DNA of 64,000 nucleotides from Nitrospirota bacterium (GTDB taxonomy: Bacteria > Nitrospirota > Nitrospiria > Nitrospirales > NS-4), in the NCBI GenBank assembly GCA_963788195.1, contig CAWBGA010000013.1, positions 192,001 to 256,000 on the forward strand, given 5' to 3'. Below, piece by piece: positions 19,887-32,254 of this stretch; the first letter of the stretch is position 1; each line of letters begins with the position of its first letter. The position numbers and the translations under genes are program-made. The notes under the pieces were generated by a model that was not told where the DNA came from, searched no databases, and was given only the letters and a program-made list of their open reading frames with translations.

Positions 19887-20329
19887 AAACTCCTTGCCCT
19901 GACCGGGGATAACACTATCGGCCTGAAGTCTTATCGGAACGGGAGGAGAGAAACGTAACTCAGACGGCTTCTTAGAGGCGCGGGTACACTGGAACTTGTG
20001 GAACCTGCTACTTTCAGGTAGGTTGACCGCTTCATGCGCTTAACGTAGGTATACTTAAGTTTTAAGGGCTTATGCTGTTTGGAAGGGCATTTTGTAAGAG
20101 CTGATGCTCTGCAAGGTGCTCCTGTCACTTCGCTGACGGTCACTTACTAGATTGGGGTCTTGTCACGTATTAGGTTTGGGGGTGGCTGGACTCCTGGCCT
20201 AGAATGACCGCGCTTTGCGGCCGACGCTCCAACTTTCGTTTGTCAGGGAAACCCTGACAGACAGGCGGGGAAAACTCTTCTATGGTTCCGATAACGGAGA
20301 CATATCTCCGAGCGGAAAGAAGGAAACCA

Positions 20330-23300
20330 ATGGTAGTGAAAGCGATCATGTTGCTGGCCGTTGCTTTGCTGATAAGCGCCTTACTGGTTCCCACCGAGGC
20401 GCAAGTGACGCCGCCTCTTACCTCATCAGGACTCAATACACAGGTCAGTGCTCCGACACCGGTGACTGGTGGAAAGACTCAGTACGACATTACAGGGGGA
20501 ACCAGACCGAACAGCGGCCCTAACCTGTTTCATAGTTTTGGAAAGTTCGATGTTCCGACGAACAACATCGCGAACTTTCTCAACGACACCAACACGCCGA
20601 CCACGAATATCCTGAGTCGTGTCACCGGCGGGACTCCATCCAATATCTTCGGCACCATACAGACCACGGGTTTCCCGGGCGCACATCTTTTCCTCATGAA
20701 TCCCGCCGGCGTCGTGTTTGGCCCCACGGCTCAGTTGAATGTCGAGGGCTCCTTTCACGTCACCACGGCGGATTATTTGCGAATGACGGATGGCGCCAAA
20801 TTTCACGTCGATCCGGTGCAGCCCAGTGTGCTGTCAGTCGCTCCCGTCGCAGCGTTTGGATTTACGGCGGCCAAGCCGGTGGCGATCACTGTTCAGGGCA
20901 GCACCCTCGAGGTACCAACCCAGCAAGGGCTGTCAATAGTCGGCGGCGATTTCACATTGACCGGGGGCACCCTGCGTGCATTTGGCGGGCGGATTCAGAT
21001 CGCGAGCGTAGCCTCAAGCGGCGAGGTGATCCCGAGCGGGGCCGGTCAGCCGCTTGCCCTCGATGTGTCCTCATTTACTCGACTGGGCTCGGTTACGGAA
21101 TCAGCATCTTCCAACCTCTCCGTGAGCGCGCCCACGACGACCTCGACAATCGGAGCGGGCACGGTACTGATCCGTGCCAATCAGCTGACTGTCGCTTCGA
21201 GCGGTATCAACGCGACGACTGCAGTCACAAACGGCGCCTCAGTGGGCATCGATCTTAACGTCACCGAAAAGATCCTGCTCACCGGGTCCACTGCTCAGAC
21301 AGCAGCCAACGGAGCCGGGCGGGCAGGCGACATACGGATCCAGACCGACACGTTGCAAGTCGATGGCGCAGGTATCTTAGGCAGAGCACTCAGCGGAACG
21401 GGGGACGGCGGTGCGATCGATGTCAATGCCAGATTAGTGGACCTGCGCAATGGCTTTGGTATCCAAACGTTTACGAACGCCGGCGGCCGCGCCGGAAATA
21501 TCACGCTGCGTGCAGATCGCCTCGAGATCCGGGACGGAGCCAATATCTTTTCTGGGGGACTGGGCACAGGATCAGGAGGCATCATCGATGTCGCGGTGAA
21601 AGAACTTTTTGGTTCGGCCACAAATCTCGCGAGTGTACAGAACTGTGCTCAATGTAATACCGGCATCAACGCCCAGGCCGGGTTTGGGTCGCGGGGAGGG
21701 AGCGTCCGCGTCCACGCCGATAACATTCAGCTGTTCGATGGAGCAGTCATTCTAAGTCAACTCTTCAGTATAGGGCCGGGAGCGAACATGGAAGTCACGG
21801 CGAAGGATATTCTTTTATCCGGGACTGTCACTGTGACAGGCTCCAGCGGGCCGGTGACCCACTTTGCGACGATCGGTTCAACCCTGAGCGGGACCTTCGC
21901 CACTGGCACCGGCGGAAATGTCACGGTCAATGCGGAGAACATCGAGCTCACCAACAATGGTCGGATCTTCAGTAGCCTTATTTTCAGCGCGCCGGGTAAT
22001 GCCGGTAACACGGCGGTCAACACCGGCACCCTGAACATCCACGATCGCGGAGGAGTGTTTGCCACTTCGTTTCTCGGTACGGGCAATAGCGGGGACATCG
22101 ACATTACGGCGAAAGAGATCACTATTTCAGGAGTGCGGAATTCCCTGGATCCAGGAGGCGTGGCGGATTTCACCGGGCTCTCGGCGTCGACCCTTTCCGG
22201 GCGCGGAGGGACGCTACGTGTGACGACGGATGATCTCTTCGTGAGGGACAAGGGGATTATCGCTTCGACGACATTCGGGACGGGGAATTCCGGAAACATC
22301 CAGATCGCTGCGAAGAATGTTTCGGTCACCGACGCGGGACAAATGACTGCTGTCACAGGGGGATCCGGCCGGGGAGGCAACATCGACATTATTGCCGACA
22401 ATGTCGCTGTCACTGGCCAAGCTCTTGTGCCCGGGGCGTTGGACGCCGGCGCCGCGGTTATTACGTCACGGTCGCAAGCCGGCGGCGATGCCGGCTCGAT
22501 CACGATTGTTGCAAAGCAGCTTGACGTCTCGAACGGCGGCGCCATAAACAACGATGCCCTTGCTGCCGGGAAAGGCGGCAACATTCAGATCCAGGCCGGT
22601 CAGATGCAGGTTGAGAACCTCGCCAGCGTGTCAGCCGGAACCTTTGGCAAGGGGAATGCGGGGAACATCAGTCTGAGTGGGGATAGCCTCATCGTGACGT
22701 CCGGGGGCCGGGTCGAGGCCGGCACTTCCGCCCAGGGCGCCGGCGGCACCATCAACATCACGACCACCGGCGATGTGACGATATCAGGAGTGAGCGCAGA
22801 CGGCCAGACCCGCAGCGGGATCTTTGCCAAGACGCAAACCAGCGGGAGCGGCAGCGGTGGGGGGTCGGGTGGCGGTGGTTCGGGTGGCGGAAGCGGGGGC
22901 GGAGGTGCGGTCCCAAGCACCATCCCGGGCAATGCCGGTGACATCAATATCACCGCCAAGAACCTCTTGCTCGACCTAGCGGGCCCAGGTCGATAGCAGC
23001 ACTACGAGCGGCGGGGCCGGCGGCGGTGTATCCATCAACGTGGCAGAAGCTATCACCATTGTTGGTTCAGGCACACGCCTCACTTCAGATGCGTCGCGGG
23101 GGGACGGCCCCGGCGGCAACCTCATTCTGCAGGCACAGAATATTACCGTGGGCGACAAGGCCAGCGTGACGGCCGCGACAGGCGGCAAGGGCGATGCCGG
23201 CAGTATCGCCATGACCGCTCAGAACACGTTGCTGCTGCAATCCGGCGGCACGGTTTCCACCAGCACAAGAGGCGCAGGTAAAGGCGGGACGATCCTGATT

Positions 23301-24723
23301 AATGCCAATCAGCTGATTTTAGACGGCCCGGGCACTAGTATTATCGCGGACACGTTACGGCCTTTTGCCGATCTTGGTGTGACGCTGGAGATTCTGCACA
23401 CCAACGACGGAGATCTGGTGGCACAGCTCGACAGCCCAGCCGGCACAAGAGTCGCGCTTTTTTCCCGTGTCGGTGGCAACGGTGATAACTTCACGGGGAC
23501 GACACTCGATGACCAGTCTGCTACTCCGATCACAGGCGGAAAGTCGCCCTTTACCGGGACCTTCCAACCCCGCGAGCCCCTGGCCCAACTCATTGACCAG
23601 CCTGCGACGGGCACCTGGACGTTGAATATCCGGGACAGCGCCACAGGGAACACCGGACAGCTCAAGAACTGGTCCATACGGATCGGCGACCAGGTTTTTC
23701 AGTCCGCGAATGTTCCCGCAACGATTCCCGACAATGGAGTGCTCCAATCTGCCGTGACGGTGGCCGGCCCGGCCGGCGCCAGGGTCACAGGCATCGGTGA
23801 AGTCCCGGGCATCGGTGGGGATATCACGATCCAGGCCGGCGCCGTGACGATTCAGAACGGCGCCACGCTCTCCGCGACGAACCGCGGTTCGGGCAAAGGC
23901 GGCACCCTGCATGTGAATGCGACGGGGCCGGTCATCTTGACGGGCGCGAACAGTGGACTCTTCACCGATGCGGAAGCCAGCGGGCCCGGAGGCAGCATCA
24001 ATGTGCACGCCGCTCGTGTAGATCTGACTAGCGGCACGACGGTTTCAGCCGCCAGCTCCGGCACCGGCAATGCTGGCAATATCAGCATCACAGCTGCGGA
24101 CCAGTTGGTCATGACCGACAGCTCGGTGACGACGGAGGCCGGTCTGGCCGACGGCGGCAACATCAGTTTGAGAGCGGACAACTTGATACATCTCACGAAT
24201 ACCACAATCTCCTCGAGCGTGGGCAATCCCGACCTCACCACGACCACCGGCGGGAATATCTTCATCGATCCCCAGTTCGTCATTCTGAAGAACAGCAAGA
24301 TCCTGGCCAATGCCTTCGCGGGAACGGGGGGAAATATCAACATCGTAGCAGGAGTCCTTTTGCTTGATCCGCTTAGCATCATTGATGCCTCCTCAGCGAA
24401 AGGGGTGTCCGGCACGATCACGATCCAGTCGCCTCTGTCTAATCTGAGCGGGACCCTCGCCCCGCTGCCGCAAACATTCCTGCGCACCGGAGCGCTGCTC
24501 AGCTCACGGTGTGTCGCGCGACTCGGGGGTCCGGCCAGCAGCTTCGTCGTTGCCGGGCGCGATGCGATCCCGATGGAGCCGGGCGGCTTGCTGCCGAGCC
24601 CGCTCGCTCGAGCCCGGACCGCACCTGTCCGTCGCGGAGTCGAGCGCTGCGGCCACGGTCTTGCACGCTACGGCCCTGTCCGCCGGGCTTACGACAGACC
24701 TGGCTCAGGGATGTGGCTCGTGA
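20330..24723 (+). CDS. TpsA-1: filamentous haemagglutinin N-terminal domain exoprotein with inserted P-domain; frameshifts near 22975 and 24607
   Basis: Signal peptide (TEA-Q); TPS motifs NLFHSF, SRVTGG, MNPAGVVFG; GNAGNI beta-helix repeats; Gly/Ser linker 22841-22905. Confidence 0.85.
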
Positions 24724-25237
24724 GCCGACACCGTCAGTCGCGACGCATGATAGGTTCAGCGAGTCTGGGGCGGCTGCTTGTTATTGCTGCGGCCCACCTT
24801 GTTCTGATCCATCATGGCGGAGCCTTGGCGCAAGTGACGCCGCCTCTTACCTCATCGGGACTCAATACACAGGTCAGTGCTCCGACACCGGTGACTGGTG
24901 GAAAGACTCAGTACGACATTACAGGGGGGACCAGACCGAACAGTGGACCTAATCTGTTTCACAGTTTTGGAAAGTTCGATGTTCCGACGAACAACATCGC
25001 GAACTTTCTCAACGACACCAACATACCTACTACGAATATCCTGAGTCGTGTCACCGGCGGGAATCCATCCAATATCTTCGGCACCATCCAGACCACGGGT
25101 TTTCCGGGCGCACATCTGTTTCTCGATGAATCCTGCCGGCGTCGTCTTCGGCCCCACGGCGCAGCTGAATGTCGAGGGCTCCTTTCACGTCACCACGGCG
25201 GATTATTTGCGAATGACGGATGGCGCCAAATTTCACG
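20398..25237 (+). repeat. Direct repeat pair about 410 bp (TPS domain): 20398-20807 and 24827-25237
   Basis: Near-identical sequence from GGCGCAAGTGACGCCG to AAATTTCACG. Confidence 0.92.
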
Positions 25238-28200
25238 CCGACACAAGCAAAGCCAGCACATTATCCGTCGCGCCCGTTCAGGCGTTCGGGTTTTTGAGCG
25301 ACAATCCGGCGCCCATCGCCGTCGAGGGCAGCTCCTTGACGGTTGCCAAAGGGAAAACGCTTTCCTTGATCGGCGGTGATCTTACCATTGAAGGCTCGTT
25401 CTTCTTAACCGGTGTTCCCACTATCACTCTCGATGCGCCCAGCGGACGTATTAATCTTGGGAGTGTGGCGTCAACAGGAGAAGTCGTTCTCGGTCCCTTT
25501 GAGCAGGGTCACGGATTAGAGATGGAAGGCTTCAACCGGCTTGGAACCATCACGATACTGCGAGACTCGATAATCAGCACCTCCGGCGAGAGCGGCGGCA
25601 CGATTGTCATCCGGGGTGGTCAATTAATCGGTTGATGGTTCCCTGATTATTGCGGACACGCTGGGAAATGAAAATGGGGCGCCCCTGGCCATTGATGCTC
25701 TCCTCATGGGGGACATGCTGGTGACGAATGGATCATTCGTTTCAGCAGACGCGTGGCAAGGAGGAAACGCGGGGAAGATTACGCTCAGCAGCGAGCGTTT
25801 ACAGATCGATAATGGAGCGGTGGTAGGGTCACATACAGTCATCGGTTCCAGCGGTGACGGGGGCCGGAGTGGAAATACAGACTGGCGATCTTCTGCTTTT
25901 AAGCGACGCTAAGATCCTCAGTACCACGAATGGACCTGGCAAGGCAGGTGATGTGGTTATTACCACTGGACACGTCACTGTCGCGGGAGGCGCTCAGTTA
26001 GCCAGCGCGACGTTCGGGCCAGGCGAGGGAGGCTCAGTACGGATTGTCGCGTCCGGAGCAGTCAACGTTTCCGGCACGAGTGATGGCTCCTTTCCGACTC
26101 AAATCACGACACAATCCTATGGTGTAGGCGGAGCAGGTGATATATCAGTCACAGCCCAAAGCGTCACGGTAGACGGCGGGGCGCAGGTGGGTAGTACCAC
26201 TTTTGGGGCGGGTCGGGGAGGGTCAGTGGGGATTGTGGCGACAGATACGGTGAACGTGTCTGGTGTCACGCCGGATGGCATGCTTCAAACCCAGTTGAGT
26301 GCGAATACCTTCGGCACTGGACCGGCAGGAGACGTAACTATAGCGGCACACAATGTAACGATTAAGGAAGGTGGTGCGGTAAGCAGCAGTACAAACGGAC
26401 CGGGCGCCGGAGGCTCGATAACTGTATTTGCCAACACGGTGACACTCGGGGCACCGGCGCTGAAGGTACATTACCCTATGGATTATTCTCTCAAGCCTTG
26501 GGCACTGAAATAGGGTCCGGAGGCGCGGGCACAATCGTGGTCACGGTAGAGAACGTCACGGTGAGCGGTGGAGCCCAAGTATCCAGTGGTACCTTTGGGC
26601 CCGGCCGCAGGCGGCACTGTGAGACTGACTGCAACCAACACGATAGAAGTTTCTGGTCGAAGTTCTAGCGGACAAGCTGGAAGTCACGTCTCGGCGAGTT
26701 CCAATGGCACTGAAGCCGGCTCAGGTGATGCCGGGGACGTCGTCGTCACGGCAAGAAACATTATTGTTGCGGGCGGAGCCGAGATAAGTAGCGGGACCTT
26801 CGGGCCACAAGCCGGAGGTTCGGTGCTTATCACTGCGACTGATAGCGTAATGGTGTCTGGAGCGGGAAATTCAAACCCAAGCCAGTTGTCGGTCTCTACA
26901 GAATCCATGGCATCTGGCGCCGGAGCAGGAGGTCAACTGGTGGTAACGGCCAACAATATTATTCTTACTGAAGGCGGGCAGGTGAGCAGCACGAGTTTTG
27001 GGGCGGGGCAGGGAGGTACCGTAACCCTGAATGCGACTGAAGCTGTGACGATGACAGGCACGTTTGCTGAGTTTCCAAGTGGCATATTTGCCCGGGCTGC
27101 AGGGATAGGAGAACATGCGGGGAATGGAGGAAATATCGTGGTGACGGGCCGCAATGTGACCGTTTCCGGAGGCGGCCGAATGGACAGTGCCACTCTCGGT
27201 CCTGGACAGGGAGGGACACTCCAAGTGACTGCGACGGAGAATCTCAGAATCTTGGGCACATCTGCGGATGGCAGGTTTGCAAGTGGATTGTTCGCAGGAA
27301 CCGAAAGCGATGCGGTAGATGCGGGGCACGGTGGAAACCTAAGACTCACGGCGCGCAATGTCATGGTGAGCGGCGGTGGCCAAGTAAGCAGCAATAGCTT
27401 CGGTCCTGGAGAGGGGGGCAGCATCCTCGTGTTCGCGTCAACAATTGATTTAACCCAGACCAGCTCGATTACTGCGCGCGGCCTGGGCGCCGGCAATGCA
27501 GGGATCATCGATATAACGGCTGCGGACCAGATGGTCATGGCCGACAGCTCGGTGACGACGGAAGCCGGTCTGGCCGACGGCGGCAACATCAGTTTGAGAG
27601 CGGACAACTTGATACATCTCACGAATACGACGGTCTCCTCGAGCGTCGGCAATCCCGACATCACCACAACCACCGGCGGGAATATCTTCATCGATCCCCA
27701 GTTCGTCATTCTGAAGAACAGCAAGATCCTGGCCAATGCCTTCGCGGGAACGGGGGGAAATATCAACATCGTAGCAGGAGTCCTTTTGCTCGATCCGCTT
27801 AGCGTCATTGATGCCTCCTCGGCGAAAGGGGTGTCCGGCACGATCACGATTCAGTCGCCTCTTTCTAATCTCAGCGGGACCCTCGCCCCGCTGCCGCAAA
27901 CATTCCTGCGCACCGGAGCGCTGCTCAGCTCCCGGTGTGTCGCGCGGCTCGGGGGTCCGGCCAGCAGCTTCGTCGTTGCCGGGCGCGATGCGATTCCGAT
28001 GGAGCCGGGCGGCTTGCTGCCGAGCCCGCTCGCCGAGTCCGGACCGCACCTGTCCGTCGCGGAGTCGAGCGCTGCGGCCACGGTCTTGCACGCTACGGCC
28101 CTGTCCGCCGGGCTTACGACAGATCTGGCTCAGGGATGTGGCTCGTGAGCCGACACCGTCAGTCGCGACGCATAATAGGTTCAGCGCGTCTGCGGCGGCT

Positions 28201-28258
28201 CCTTGTTATTGCTGCGGCCCACCTTGTTCTGATCCATCATGGCGGAGCCTTGGCGCAA
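24093..28258 (+). repeat. Direct repeat pair about 740 bp (TpsA C-terminus plus next gene's signal peptide): 24093-24833 and 27519-28258
   Basis: Near-identical from GCTGCGGACCAG to GGAGCCTTGGCGCAA with scattered substitutions. Confidence 0.92.
24711..28148 (+). CDS. TpsA-2: second FHA-type exoprotein; about 5 frameshifts (near 25125, 25630, 25860, 26460-26600)
   Basis: Same TPS domain and C-terminus as TpsA-1 with a different central beta-helix; pieces in ORFs 25048, 25706, 25854, 26568. Confidence 0.8.
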
Positions 28259-29893
28259 TTGGCGCCTCCGTTTCCAACGCCGCCACCTCCGTTGCCTGAA
28301 GGAGTTCCGCCGCCGCCCCCGCCAAGCAGGGTGGAGCCTCCCCCGCCGATACTGCCGCCGGCTAAGCCCAGCCTGGGGATGATCCGGGTCTTCGTCCGGG
28401 AGATCAGAGTCGTAGGCAGCACCGTGTTCTCCAAGGATGAGCTGGCAAAACTCACGGCGCCCTATCTCAATCGCGAATTGACCTCGGAGGATCTGGAAGC
28501 CTTACGGATGGCGTTGACCTTGCATTACGTCAACAATGGCTATGTCACCTCAGGCGCTGTCATTCCCGATCAAACGGTCGCAGATGGTGTGCTTACACTT
28601 CAGATCGTGGAAGGACGGCTGGCAAGAATTGATGTGGAAGGGAACAAATGGTTCGTGCCTTCCTACATTCAGAAGCGCATCGAGTTAAGCGCCGGGCCGC
28701 CCGTCAACATGAATAAGATACAAGAGCGCCTGCAATTACTGCAGGAGACTCCTGGCATTACGAGGCTGAATGCGGAGCTGCGTCCGGGCCTCAAGCTCGG
28801 AGAGAGCGTTATGAATGTCAAGGTCACCGAGGCGCTGCCTTTCAAAATCTGGCTGGACTTCAACAACTACCAATCGCCGACGGTCGGCGCCGAGCGGGGT
28901 CTGATCACCGTGGCAGCCCAGAGTCTTACCGGTCATGGGGATATCCTGACCGTGCAGTACGGCTATTCACGCGGCGTGAACCCGCAAATTGACGCCAGGT
29001 ACACGCTGCCGATCACCCGGTGGGATACCACCTTCAGCGTGCAGTACCGAAAGAATGATTTTAAGGTGGTTGAAAGTCCTTTCCAGCGATCTGGGTATCA
29101 AGAGCGAGTCTGATATTTTCGGAATCACCCTGCGCCAACCGGTCTATCGGACGGTAACTCAGGAGTTCGCCTTGGCATTGACCGGCGAGCGGTTGTACAA
29201 CAAGACCTTTCTTTTTGACACGCCGTTTCCCTTTACCATCGGTGCGACGGAAAATGGTGTGTCACAGGTAACGGCCATACGATTTTCGCAGGAATGGGTG
29301 CGCCGGACCAGCGCGCAAGTCGATCGCCGCGTTCTCGCGCTTCTCAGTCGGAATTGATGCCTTGGGGGCCACGACGACGGGCGCCGTGACTCCAGCGACT
29401 GAAGGGGATCAGGCGAAGGCGCAGTTTTTCTCATGGTTGGGTCAAGCGCAGTGGGCCCGGCGAATCGACCCCTTACGTCTGCAGCTCATATCGCGCATGG
29501 ATCTGCAAGTGTCAATGCAGCATTTCTTTCCCTTGGAGCAGATCTCAGTCGGGGGCCGCTACAGCGTGCGTGGATATCGGGAAAACACGCTGGTGCGGGA
29601 CAATGCGTTGCTCTTCTCGTTGGAGCCCCGCGTTGCGGTACTGCGTTCGGCCGTCGGCAGGGACATCGTGCAGATTGCGCCGTTCTTCGACTACGGATAT
29701 TCCTGGAACAGGCAGGTGGCGACCCTGGATCCCAAAGACGCTGGCAAGCCTTGGACTGGGTCTGATCTGGAATATCCTGGCCGGCAGCCGGTTTGAAGTG
29801 TACTGGGGCCAGTCTTTATATCCAGTCCCGACGAAGGGCGGCAATTTGCAAGACCATGGCGTTCACATGCAGTTGGTCGTGGAAGTGCTGTAG
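28136..29893 (+). CDS. TpsB: ShlB/FhaC/HecB outer-membrane translocator; about 3 frameshifts
   Basis: Signal peptide, Pro-rich linker, POTRA (YVNNGYVTSGA), SVRGYREN motif, barrel C-terminus GVHMQLVVEVL. Confidence 0.88.
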
Positions 29894-29917
29894 AGTGCCC
29901 GGGAGAGGCTTCCTCTA

Positions 29918-32251
29918 GTGCAACGACTCATCCAATCAGTCCTCATCATATTCCTTGTATCGTTTTCATCGTCGATCCCCGGCTCCGTTCATGCCACAAA
30001 CGGCGCCGAGCCGCCTTCGGCCGAGGTGCATATGGCTCAAGGCCTGCAGGCGTTTCAGCGCGGCGCATTCGATCAGGCCGCATTAAGCTGGACAGAAGCC
30101 TTGCGCCAGTACGAGAAGAGCTGGAAAGGTTAAAGAACAGGGCGAGGTCCTCGTGCGCCTTTCTCAAGCCTACCAATCCATGGGTCACTATACGGAGGCC
30201 TTTCAAAGTCTGAAAGCAGCATTGGCGCTTGCGGAGCAGGCGCAAGATCCCGCCAGGCTCGCGGTGGTCTTGGAAAGCGCCGGAAATCTGTATCTTGCGG
30301 CAGGGCAAGATCGAGGAGGCGGATCAGTCTTTGCGAAAAGCCTTAAGCATTGCCAGGGACCTCAAAAACGACTCCCTCTCGGCCACGATTCTGAACAATC
30401 TTGGCATCCTCCTGACGTATCAGAAGAACTACCCTGAAGCGCTGGCCGCCTATCGTGAAAGCGTCGCCCTTGCCACGGCGTCGAAGCAACCTGGATTGGC
30501 CGCGCGGGCTTTGGTCAATGCAGCCACGGCGTCGTCGCAAGACGCCAAATACAAGGGGGCTCTGCAACTGGCTGGACCAGGCGGCAGAGCAGATGCAGAG
30601 CGTTGAGCCGTCGCACGACAAGGCCTATGGCCTGATCACGATCGCGCTCGCCTATCAGCGTCTCCGTGCCTCGTTTCCCGAAGCTGAAGGAAGCCTTATT
30701 GCTCAAAGCCGCTGAGCTTTTTAACGACGCCGCGACTGTCGCCGAACGGCTCGGCGATCCCGCGGGCCTCGTCCTATGCCTTGGGCTATCTCGGCAGCCT
30801 GTATGAAGGAGAGGGACGGTCGGAGGAGGCCTTGGATCTGACGCGCCGCGCGGTGTTCGCAGGCCAGCAGGCGGTATCGCCCGAGGCGCTGTACCGGTGG
30901 CATTGGCAGACGGGACGCCTGCTGAAGACGCTCGGGAAACGTGAGGAGGCGATCGCCGCGTATCGCCGCGCAGTCTACGCGCTTCAATCCATCCGTCCGG
31001 AAAGATCCCCCGCATTTGCCGTGGCTCAAACGTCCTTCCGCGAATCGGTGGGCGCGCTGTACTTCGAGCTCGCCGATCTCCTCCTACAACAAGCCGCGTC
31101 CGTTTCGGAACGCGAGCAGATACGAGCCGTATCTGATGGAAGCGCGCGAAACGGTCGAATTGTTCAAGGCGGCTGAACTCCGGGACTATTTTCGTGATGA
31201 ATGCGTGGACGCCGCCCGGTCCCGCAGCACCAGTGTCGAGATTATTGCGCAATCGGCGGCCATCATCTATCCCATCATTCTGCCTGACCGGCTGGAACTG
31301 CTCGTAAGCCTGCCTGGCGGTTCTAAAGCGGAGTTCTGCAGCGGATTCCGGTAGGAGTGAATGCGGCCGTGCTCAATGGCGAGGTCCGCAAGTTCCGCGA
31401 TAAACTCGAGAAACGTACAACGCGGGAATATCTGCCTCACGCCCAACAGTTATACGACTGGATGATTCGCCCGCTGGAGCCGATCATTGGCATCCATGAA
31501 GATCGATACACTGGTCTTCGTGCCGGATGGATCCTTGCGGACGATCCCGATGGCGGCGCTTCACGATGGCAAGCAATTTCTGATCGCCAAATACGCGCTC
31601 GCAACCACCCCGGGACTTACCCTGACCGATCCCCGCGCCTTGAAACGCGGGACCATCAAAGCCTTATCCATGGGGCTCACTGAGTCGGTCCAAGGTTTTA
31701 CGCCTCTGCCGAATGTGCTGGAGGAACTGCAAGCCATCAAGCAGATTTACGGCGGCACGACCCTGATCAACGAAGAATTTTTGATCTCGCGCCTGGAAAA
31801 GGAGCTGAGAGAAGGTCAGTTCACAATCGTCCACATTGCGTCGCACGGGCAGTTCGCAAACGACGTCAAGAAGACATTCGTGCTGACGTTCGACGACAAA
31901 CTCACGATGGACCGACTGGATCAATTCGTCGGCCTGCTGCGCTTTCGCGACGAACCGCTGGGGTTGCTGACCTTGAGCGCGTGCGAGACGGCGGCCGGAG
32001 ACGATCGCGCAGCCCTTGGGCTCGCGGGAGTGGCCATCAAGGCCGGCGCCCGAAGCGCGGTGGCTACACTGTGGTTTATCAATGATCAAGCGTCCTCGGA
32101 CTTGGTCGCCGAGTTCTACCGGCAAATTCAAGATCCATCGGTATCAAAGGCCGCGGCGCTCCAGCGGGCGCAGTTAAAGATGATCGGGGATCCGGTTTAT
32201 CGTCATCCGGCCTATTGGGCCGCGTTCCTCTTATTGAATAACTGGCTGTAA
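29918..32251 (+). CDS. Exported TPR + CHAT (caspase-HetF-like) protease; about 8 frameshifts
   Basis: Signal peptide (VHA); TPR helices; LYDWMIRP, FVPDGSLRTIPMAALHDG, HIASHG, LSACETAAGD, HPAYWAAF. Confidence 0.88.
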
Positions 32252-32254
32252 GGC

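Noticed and set aside
23040..25379. Single ORF fusing the TpsA-1 C-terminus to the TpsA-2 N-terminus
   Set aside because: Comparison with the second copy (28020-28148) shows a 1-nt insertion near 24607; TpsA-1 should end at 24723
24500..28148. CDI toxin/immunity interpretation of the TpsA genes
   Set aside because: C-termini are constant rather than variable; no VENN-type motif and no small immunity ORFs
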